Assembly: GCA_964474835.1 (NCBI GenBank)
Contig: CAYYUA010000013.1
Span: 1,405-65,404, forward strand
Source: an uncultured Sphingobacteriales bacterium
GTDB taxonomy: Bacteria; Bacteroidota; Bacteroidia; CAILMK01; CAYYUA01
Direction: 5' to 3'
Length of the DNA: 64,000 bases
Each line of letters begins with the position of its first letter. Position 1 is the stretch's first letter. Below, in pieces: positions 57,346 to 64,000 of the stretch. A program made the translations under genes and the position numbers. The notes under the pieces are model-generated. The model was not told where the DNA came from. It did not search any database and saw nothing but the letters and a program-made list of their open reading frames with translations.

Positions 57346-58491
57346 ATGGACTTATCCCATTATTTCAGTCCCCTCAGCACGCAAAGTCTGACGAAGGCCC
57401 ACAGTACCCGCCCGGGATGGCTCGGTGCCCATATCCACAAGCACACGGCTGATGGCCCGCCTGTGGTAGCAAGCGGGAGCCTGGTGCTACTAGGCCTTAA
57501 ATCCTCGCCTGATGATGATACGCCGGACTGGATCCGTCACTTCCTGTACGACCTGAAAGCCGAGCTATCGCAGGTGCGGGTGGTGGATGCCGGTGACACC
57601 TGCTTTAACAAGTACCAGGATGCGGATCTGGAAGCCCTCCGGCAAGCTTTTGAAGGACTGCTAGCAGCTGATGCCTGTGTAGTGACCATGGGCGGTGGTC
57701 AGGAGGCTACCTATGTACAGTATCTGGCCGCTGTCCAGCAGGGAGTCCGGCCGCGCCTGGTGCTGGTGGATGCCCTGGCTGATATGGCGCAGGAGACGGC
57801 CGGTCCGCTACAGCCGCACACCTTCGTTAGTCATATCCTGAACAGCGCACCACAGGCCCCGGCTGATATCAGTTTGCTGGGTTATCAGTATCCACTGGTC
57901 AGCAACGCTGTTCTGGATCAGCTAAAGGAAGCCAGCTATGAGCTTTTCCGGCTTTCTGAGGTCAGGGATGACTTCAATGTGGCAGAGCCCACGATCCGGG
58001 CCAGCCATCTGCTAAGCTTTGACACAGGCAGCATCCGGCAGGCTGATGCGCCGGGCACGAATCACCCGCTGCCCAGCGGTCTTCATGCGGAAGAGGCCTG
58101 CCGGCTGGCGCGCTTTGCCGGGCTTAGTCCGGCTCTGCAGCTGTGTGGCTTTTACGAGTATAACCCCGCCTTTGATCAGCACGGGCAGACTGCCCATCTC
58201 ATTGCCCAGGCGATCTGGTATTTCCTGGAGGGGTATGTGGAACGGTACCACGAACACCCGCTGCTGGATGAAAACGGCTTTTACAAGTATTTCACGGCCG
58301 TATCAGATAAGCCTTACCAGCTCCTCTTTTTCAAGAGCAAGAAGACCGGCCGCTGGTGGATGGAGCTACCGGCCAATCCGGATAGCAAGGCCTACGGGCC
58401 GATCGTGCCCTGCGCTTACGAGGATTACCTGGCCGCCACGCGCAATCACCTGCCGGACCGCTGGCTCCGCAGCCTGCAGAAATACCTGTAG
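57346..58491 (+). CDS. arginase/formiminoglutamase-fold family protein (tentative)
   Basis: Its length and degenerate matches to ureohydrolase blocks (TMGGGQE, VDALAD, SFDTGS, SGLHAEE) suggest this fold. I did not verify it. Confidence 0.3.
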   Translation: MDLSHYFSPLSTQSLTKAHSTRPGWLGAHIHKHTADGPPVVASGSLVLLGLKSSPDDDTPDWIRHFLYDLKAELSQVRVVDAGDTCFNKYQDADLEALRQAFEGLLAADACVVTMGGGQEATYVQYLAAVQQGVRPRLVLVDALADMAQETAGPLQPHTFVSHILNSAPQAPADISLLGYQYPLVSNAVLDQLKEASYELFRLSEVRDDFNVAEPTIRASHLLSFDTGSIRQADAPGTNHPLPSGLHAEEACRLARFAGLSPALQLCGFYEYNPAFDQHGQTAHLIAQAIWYFLEGYVERYHEHPLLDENGFYKYFTAVSDKPYQLLFFKSKKTGRWWMELPANPDSKAYGPIVPCAYEDYLAATRNHLPDRWLRSLQKYL

Positions 58492-58494
58492 GCG

Positions 58495-59754
58495 TTACGG
58501 CTGCTCGCGGAAGCTGCGGGCATAGGAGCGCAGGAATACCTCCCAGGGAAAATCGCCCCTGTCTTTCCCAAAGCGCAGCACCAGGAGATCGTGCTGCGGG
58601 GCCACATAGATATACTGCCCGTACAGCCCCCGCGCAAAAAGATCCGGCTGAGGCTCCAGCACGTAGCGCTGCAGCTGACCCTGCTCATCCCTTCGCCTGA
58701 CTACTTTTCGCTTCCCCGGTGCCAGGGCATTGGTGTAGTTGCTGTCTACCGGTCTGCGGTCCACCACATGCCACCAGTGGTAGTAGTAATCGTAGGCCAG
58801 ATCAGCACGCTGGGGGCTGGTGGAGCGCCGGATCCAGGAGGAGCTCAGCAGGGTATCACCTTCCCAGATGCCCTCGTTCAGGTAAAGGCGCCCGAGCCGG
58901 GCAAAATCGCGGGCACGGGCATTCAGGCAGCAGAAAGCCTTAGCGGTGCCGTCCGGCTGGTCCGTGCTCCAGGTGGCCTTGTGCTGCATGCCCATCGGCC
59001 GCCAGAGCTGCTCGGTGAGGTATCCGGTGAGCGTGGTGTCGGTGGCCTGCCGCAGGACCCTGGCTAAAAGCTGCGTATTGCCGCTCTGGTAGATAAAGGT
59101 GTCGCCAACCGGACGCTCAACGGTGATATCCTGCAGGTAGGCATCCAGCTGACGGCCATAGTAGAACTGGGCTACAGTGCTGAACGGGTTCCGGTAATTT
59201 TCAGAGAAGCTGATGCCGGAACGCATGTTCAGCAGGTTGCGGATGGACACGCTATCGAAACCCTGATCCGCAAGGGTGGGGCAGTAGCGCGTTACCGGAT
59301 CCTGCACACTGTTGATATGGCCGTTTTTCACAGCCCGGCCAACCAGGGCCGAAACCCATGATTTGGCTACGGAAAAGGTGGTAACAGGGTCTGAAGCCGT
59401 GTAGCCGTTCAGGTATTGCTCATAAAAGACCGTATCCTGCCGGATGACCAGGAAAGCAGTGGTGTTAGTCTGCCTGAGCACCTGTTTGAAAGGCTGCGGC
59501 TCGCCATCCAGCGTTACCCGGGTAGGTGCCAGCCGCTGGGCGGTGTCCGGGGAGGCTTCGGCAAACCGGAATGCTGAGGCATTAGCGAGAGCCGGACGCG
59601 CAGTATCGGCCGGAAAGCGCTGGTAGTCCTTCACATCCGCATACTGCCATTTCAGCATGCGGGCATAGTGACAGCCGCTAAGGCTAGCCAGGAGCACGGG
59701 GAATAGAAAGAGGCTGGCCAGCTTAAGGCGGCGGCTGATCAATAGCTCAGGCAA
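58495..59754 (-). CDS. serine hydrolase, beta-lactamase fold
   Basis: It has a signal/TM N-terminus and the SxxK motif (FSVAKSW). Confidence 0.7.
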   Translation of the reverse strand: MPELLISRRLKLASLFLFPVLLASLSGCHYARMLKWQYADVKDYQRFPADTARPALANASAFRFAEASPDTAQRLAPTRVTLDGEPQPFKQVLRQTNTTAFLVIRQDTVFYEQYLNGYTASDPVTTFSVAKSWVSALVGRAVKNGHINSVQDPVTRYCPTLADQGFDSVSIRNLLNMRSGISFSENYRNPFSTVAQFYYGRQLDAYLQDITVERPVGDTFIYQSGNTQLLARVLRQATDTTLTGYLTEQLWRPMGMQHKATWSTDQPDGTAKAFCCLNARARDFARLGRLYLNEGIWEGDTLLSSSWIRRSTSPQRADLAYDYYYHWWHVVDRRPVDSNYTNALAPGKRKVVRRRDEQGQLQRYVLEPQPDLFARGLYGQYIYVAPQHDLLVLRFGKDRGDFPWEVFLRSYARSFREQP

Positions 59755-59852
59755 AGCATATCGTTCGTTGAAGTGGTCTGAAAACCTCTCTGGATCCCGT
59801 ACAAAGCTACTTATTCCGGTTACAGCATTTTCAGCCTGTTCTGATCACTTCA

Positions 59853-62800
59853 TTACTGAAATATCCTGAGGCTGCCGATCCGTTGTCTCAGGTTCAGCAG
59901 CTTGTAGGGCTCAATGTTTAGCCGGAACTGAAGGCGGTCCCAGCCTGTGACGTTATTGTTGTCGAGCACATTCTCCAGGTCCTCTGAGAACACCACCGGG
60001 TAGTAGAGCTCCAGCACATCCTGCCACAGCACCAGGGCTGCTCCGGCATCGTAGCTAAGGTCTTCACCAGTATTCTCCACCAATGCAGAAGAAGTGCCCG
60101 CATCCGCAAACAGGCGGAGAGGGGTATTGCCGGGAATGGTGGTCATGAGGTTGGCGCTCAGCAGCCAGTCCGTTGAGTTGCCAAAGGCTGTTGGCGCCTT
60201 CAGAAAGCCATTGTTCACCCAGACCTGGTTGCCCAGCGCTCCGCTACGCGCCCCGCGATCCAGCAGACTGCGCTCATACAGGTAATCCTGGTTATCCCGG
60301 AAATCAGTATAGGGGCTGTTGTTACCGGAAAACCGGTTACCCAGCAAAAAGCTGTACTCGCCCGGCATGTCACTGGTGTTATGCAGGAACTGACCCCCGA
60401 ACAACCGGAACCGGAGGCCCTGGTCCGGGTGATCGTAGGGCAGCTCACCGGTAACCTCTGCCATGGCTTTCACAAAATCCGGGTGCTGCTGTAGGGTGAT
60501 TGCGCTCTCAAGGGGATTCAGCGTTTGCTGATTCTGATACCGGTAGGTGAGCTCATTCACATAGTAGCTGGCCTCTTGGGTAAAAGCCTGGTCTGCCTCC
60601 CGGTTAAACAGGTATTCTTCCCGCCAGATCCAGTGGCTTTCCAGGCTCAGCGTATGCAGCCCGGAGGTGCGCAGCGGGCGCTCTTTGAAGCGGTATTCTA
60701 CAAAAGGCCTGAGCTTGGAATAGGTCAGGTTCCGGGGCTGGCTTTCGTGGGAAAAGCGTTTGCCTTTAATCCCGACCTGCCATTTCTGCCAGTGGGCTGC
60801 GTTTTGGCTGTAATCACTCAGAGAGACCTGCCCGGAGCCTGCCAGGTTATTGCTTTTAAAGCCGTAGAGCGGCATGAGCACCATATCCAGGGACTGCGAG
60901 GGCAGGAGGGAGTTAGTAACAAGCCCGCCCAGCAGAAAGCCATCGTTGTTGTTCCACTGAAAGGCCGGGGTGAGCTGGAATTCATTGCTGCCGGGGAACT
61001 CCGGGTTTACCAGCACATTGGTGGAAAGCAGATCCAGCCAGTTTTTGGTGGCTGTGCTGAAAAGGGTGTTGTTGCGGTAGTTGTGCTCCGGGACCCACTG
61101 GAAGGAGTTGATCTTCACCTTGTCAAATGCCGCATCCGGCAGCCGGATGGTCTGCCCGCCCTCAAAGCCCTCTACCCATTTTTTGGCCACAAGGGCTTCC
61201 TCGCGGAAGAGGCTTACGAGCACCGGCCCGGCTACCTGGCCTTCATTGGCTACCCGTATGCGGGTCTGGTCTTCGTTGGCAAAGCCTTTTACCGCATAGT
61301 CCAGCTGCCGGCCTTCCAGCATCAGGTCCTCAAAGAACCAGTTAAGGGAGTCCTTCGTCACCTGCCGGAAGCTGCGCTGCAGGTCAGCCGGCCCGGGATG
61401 CTGAAACTGGTACTGCCGGTAGAACTGCTGCATGGCAGAGTCGAACGTTTCCGGGCCGAGGTAGCCATACAGGTACTGGGATAGCCAGGCGGCTTTCCCG
61501 TACACCATACTGAAGTAGTTGAAGGAGGTAAACCGGCTACTGGACGAGCCCGGAGCCTGATCCTTAGCCACGCGGCCCTGCTGATGGGCCAGGAGCTTAC
61601 TGGCCGCATCCATGAGGTTGATAGGCGATTCCTGTAAGATCGGCCAGCTTTGGCTGAGGTAGCTGGAATCGGTCCAGTCTTCAAAATAGCGGTTCTCGTA
61701 AAAGGAAGTCAGCCCCTCATCCAGGAAGGGGTAGCGCCTTTCATTGAAGGCCAGCTCCCCCTGAAACCAGTTGTGCGTTACTTCATGAAAGATAGTGGTC
61801 TCCGGATTACTGCTGCCCACCACTGTAATGGTAGGGTACTCCATACCTGCACCGGCACCCGGGGCTCCGTTCACCACCGTGTAGGTTTCATAACTGTACG
61901 GGCCTACTTGCCTGGAAAGCGTTTGAAGCGCAGCCCGGATGTAAGCCGGGCCCTGCTGAAAGGCCTGCTGGTTCTGCGGCAGGAAGAAGGTATACGTTTC
62001 TACAGTTCGGGCAGTGCCGGGCAGGGGTACGGTATCTATTAAGACCCGGAAGCGCTTATCGGCAAACCAGGCAAAGTCGTGGACATTTTCCTGCTCAAAC
62101 GTGAGCGTCTTCATGGAGTCACTGGATGCCGGAATCGACTGGGAGCCGGCCTGCTTAAACGGCATAGCTTCCCGGGTATCTTTAGAGAGCTGCTGCAGCC
62201 GCTGCTTTTCCGCGGGATTCTGCAGGCGCCCGGTGGCCCCCACCTTGTAATTGCTGGGAAGCGTGATGCTCACCTCGTACCGGCCAAAATCATTGTAGTA
62301 CTCCCCCTGATTGAGGTAAGGCATCGGGTGCCAGCCCTCTTCATCGTAGGCTGCGATCTTCGGGTACCACTGGCTGATCTGGTAGGCCTGCTTATTGTGC
62401 CCGAGGCGGGAGAAGGTTTCCGGAATTTTTACCCGGAAGGGCGTCCGGACCGTTACGCGCTGGCCTGGTGGTAAGGGCTCCTCCAGCGCCAGGATGCCGA
62501 TCTCCTTATGCGGATCCCGAAAGCGGTGCGAAAGGGGTTTTCCGTTGCTGGTAAAGGACAACGAATCCAGAAAGCCCATCGCTTCCCGCTCAGCGAAGTG
62601 GAAGCTGGTTTTGCCATTCTCGAGTAGCTGCCGGGCAAAGGGGGTTTCCTTGCTGCTGTAGGCATTGGGCCAGCAATGGAAGTACAGCTGCTGCAGCGTG
62701 TCAGGGGAGTTATTAACGTACTGAATGGTGACCTGACCCCTGAGGAAGTGCGCCTCATCATCCAGGGTGACGTCCAGCTTGTAGTTGATTGTTTGCTGCC

Positions 62801-62900
62801 AGGCATCCTGCGGATGGGCTGGGCTTGTGATCAGCATGAGCAGGAGCAGGCTGGCTAAGTAGATGCCGCTGTTAGGCCTGCCTGTCATCAGGTTCTGCAT
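59853..62900 (-). CDS. M1-family zinc metallopeptidase (aminopeptidase N-like), secreted, 1015 aa
   Basis: It has a signal peptide and the gluzincin motif HEVTHNW-x18-E. Confidence 0.7.
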   Translation of the reverse strand: MQNLMTGRPNSGIYLASLLLLMLITSPAHPQDAWQQTINYKLDVTLDDEAHFLRGQVTIQYVNNSPDTLQQLYFHCWPNAYSSKETPFARQLLENGKTSFHFAEREAMGFLDSLSFTSNGKPLSHRFRDPHKEIGILALEEPLPPGQRVTVRTPFRVKIPETFSRLGHNKQAYQISQWYPKIAAYDEEGWHPMPYLNQGEYYNDFGRYEVSITLPSNYKVGATGRLQNPAEKQRLQQLSKDTREAMPFKQAGSQSIPASSDSMKTLTFEQENVHDFAWFADKRFRVLIDTVPLPGTARTVETYTFFLPQNQQAFQQGPAYIRAALQTLSRQVGPYSYETYTVVNGAPGAGAGMEYPTITVVGSSNPETTIFHEVTHNWFQGELAFNERRYPFLDEGLTSFYENRYFEDWTDSSYLSQSWPILQESPINLMDAASKLLAHQQGRVAKDQAPGSSSSRFTSFNYFSMVYGKAAWLSQYLYGYLGPETFDSAMQQFYRQYQFQHPGPADLQRSFRQVTKDSLNWFFEDLMLEGRQLDYAVKGFANEDQTRIRVANEGQVAGPVLVSLFREEALVAKKWVEGFEGGQTIRLPDAAFDKVKINSFQWVPEHNYRNNTLFSTATKNWLDLLSTNVLVNPEFPGSNEFQLTPAFQWNNNDGFLLGGLVTNSLLPSQSLDMVLMPLYGFKSNNLAGSGQVSLSDYSQNAAHWQKWQVGIKGKRFSHESQPRNLTYSKLRPFVEYRFKERPLRTSGLHTLSLESHWIWREEYLFNREADQAFTQEASYYVNELTYRYQNQQTLNPLESAITLQQHPDFVKAMAEVTGELPYDHPDQGLRFRLFGGQFLHNTSDMPGEYSFLLGNRFSGNNSPYTDFRDNQDYLYERSLLDRGARSGALGNQVWVNNGFLKAPTAFGNSTDWLLSANLMTTIPGNTPLRLFADAGTSSALVENTGEDLSYDAGAALVLWQDVLELYYPVVFSEDLENVLDNNNVTGWDRLQFRLNIEPYKLLNLRQRIGSLRIFQ

Positions 62901-62968
62901 ACCAAAGCGCGTTGAGGTTGTGGCCCGAAATTAGGAAGGTAAGGCCTATTTAGCCGTGCCTGTGGGCG

Positions 62969-63325
62969 TTAGCTGGCCCGTCTCTGATCCAGCTTTAGCC
63001 GCGGATAGTTGGCCAGGGTAGCGCTGTGAAATCCCGGCCCGTTCAGGCCAAGCCGGTTACGGGCTTTGCTGATCAGCAGATCGGTTACCGGGCGGTAAGC
63101 AGCGTAGACCCGTTCCGGCTCTATCAAATCCAGGGTTTGCCCCGCCAGCTTATCCTCCTGCATGCGCAGGTACCGGTAGGTCTTAAACAGCAGGTGAAGC
63201 TGGTAATGCGTCCAGTGAAAGTTCTGCGCCATTCCGGAAACAAACAGGTGATCCAGAACGGCTTCGTAGAGCTCCGGATCATCAATGATCACCGCGATCA
63301 GCTTTACCTCAAACCATGCTTCCAT
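62969..63325 (-). CDS. hypothetical protein
   Basis: It is a 118-aa ORF with a plausible compact fold. No motif was recognised. Confidence 0.3.
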   Translation of the reverse strand: MEAWFEVKLIAVIIDDPELYEAVLDHLFVSGMAQNFHWTHYQLHLLFKTYRYLRMQEDKLAGQTLDLIEPERVYAAYRPVTDLLISKARNRLGLNGPGFHSATLANYPRLKLDQRRAS

Positions 63326-63728
63326 ACTGTTCCTAAGCCAACCATACCCTTCAGTGATCGCTAAACTCAGGGAAAAGGATCAGCAGGGTACACAGGATTT
63401 AGGGATATGCAGCCGGTTTTGTTGGATTTCAGGAGTGGTTGCTGGACTCCGGGGTTTCACCATACCCTGGAGGTCTTCTTATTTCATAGGCAGGTTAGGA
63501 ACGCCTAATAGCAGCCCTTTTTTACCATAATTACAAAATGGGACAAGGACAATTTGGCTTTACCGTTACTACCTATTACGTTTGGATAAAATTCAATATC
63601 TCGCTGTAAAACACAATTACCGGAATATATGCAGTCTTTAAACCTAACTTGGCGTAACAAGACGAGCCCAATCACCCTGAAAAGCATGCTGGCAGCAGGG
63701 GGGGCTGTTAGTGAGCGGTTTATTCCTG

Positions 63729-64000
63729 ATGCCCCACAGCCTGAACGGGCAGGAGTTAGCCGGTGCACCGGAAAACTACCAGACCCGCCCTTCACCCCAC
63801 TTCAAGCCCAACAGGGGACAGGTAGCAGACCATGAGGGCGACCTCATCAAGGCGTACGAGTACGTCTACCAGGCACCGGGCGTGAAGATGGGCTTTAAGA
63901 AAAACAGCTTTCAGTATAACCTTTACACCGTTGAGGAAAAGGCAAAACCTGACCAAAAGGTCTCTGAAGCTACCGGAAACCCTGTGAATGCTGAGCAGCA
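63729..64000 (+). CDS. hypothetical protein, 3' partial (runs off window)
   Basis: The frame is open from ATG 63729 (MPHSLNGQELAG...) to the window end. A 400-bp AT-rich putative promoter region lies upstream. Confidence 0.25.
   Translation, partial: MPHSLNGQELAGAPENYQTRPSPHFKPNRGQVADHEGDLIKAYEYVYQAPGVKMGFKKNSFQYNLYTVEEKAKPDQKVSEATGNPVNAEQ

Noticed and set aside
60525-61484. 319-aa antisense ORF inside the M1 peptidase gene
   Set aside because: It is a long open frame on the opposite strand of a well-supported HEXXH gene. GC-rich sequence commonly gives such shadow ORFs, and no motifs are recognisable.
1-64000. CRISPR arrays, tandem repeats, IS elements
   Set aside because: No array of regularly spaced direct repeats was seen on reading the intergenic regions. 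No transposase-like or integrase-like ORFs were seen either.

Overview
This is a 64 kb chromosomal window, about 55% GC, densely coding (around 60 genes) and Bacteroidetes-like (probably Cytophagia or Hymenobacteraceae). Supporting signs are T9SS C-terminal sorting domains, a gldA/gldF/gldG-like ABC cluster with a DUF4340 partner, an rbfA/FtsX-permease pair, TAnnTTTG -7 promoter boxes and leaderless or TTG/GTG starts. The housekeeping backbone is clear: polA, uvrB, dnaN, dxs, tatC, rbfA, a dihydroorotase, cysH and tRNA-Pro(CGG). Around it sit accessory functions: a TonB-dependent receptor, a PNGase F-like T9SS cargo protein, a beta-helix T9SS cargo protein, an M1 peptidase, two beta-lactamase-fold hydrolases, two MarR paralogs, and nitroreductase, PhzF, THEP1-like NTPase, vWA, macro-domain, YceI and OsmC proteins. 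No CRISPR array, rRNA, integrase or transposase is visible. The most unusual locus is a tightly packed co-directional six-gene block at 12.6-17.0 kb. It starts with a 57-aa Cys-rich zinc-ribbon ORF that falls below the ORF-track length threshold, then encodes an ABC ATPase, an ABC-2 permease, an Fe-S type APS/PAPS reductase (CysH), an NAD-dependent sugar epimerase/dehydratase and an exostosin (GT47)-like glycosyltransferase, which is rare in bacteria. I read it as a candidate, apparently undescribed, glycoconjugate synthesis-and-export module that may handle a sulfur-containing product. Other points worth a second look are a THUMP methyltransferase next to an MnmC-oxidase-like flavoprotein, an arginase-fold protein whose metal-ligand motifs look degenerate, and a sulfotransferase/TIGR02757/methyltransferase trio. 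All calls rest on motifs I can read directly in the translations. No database search was run.
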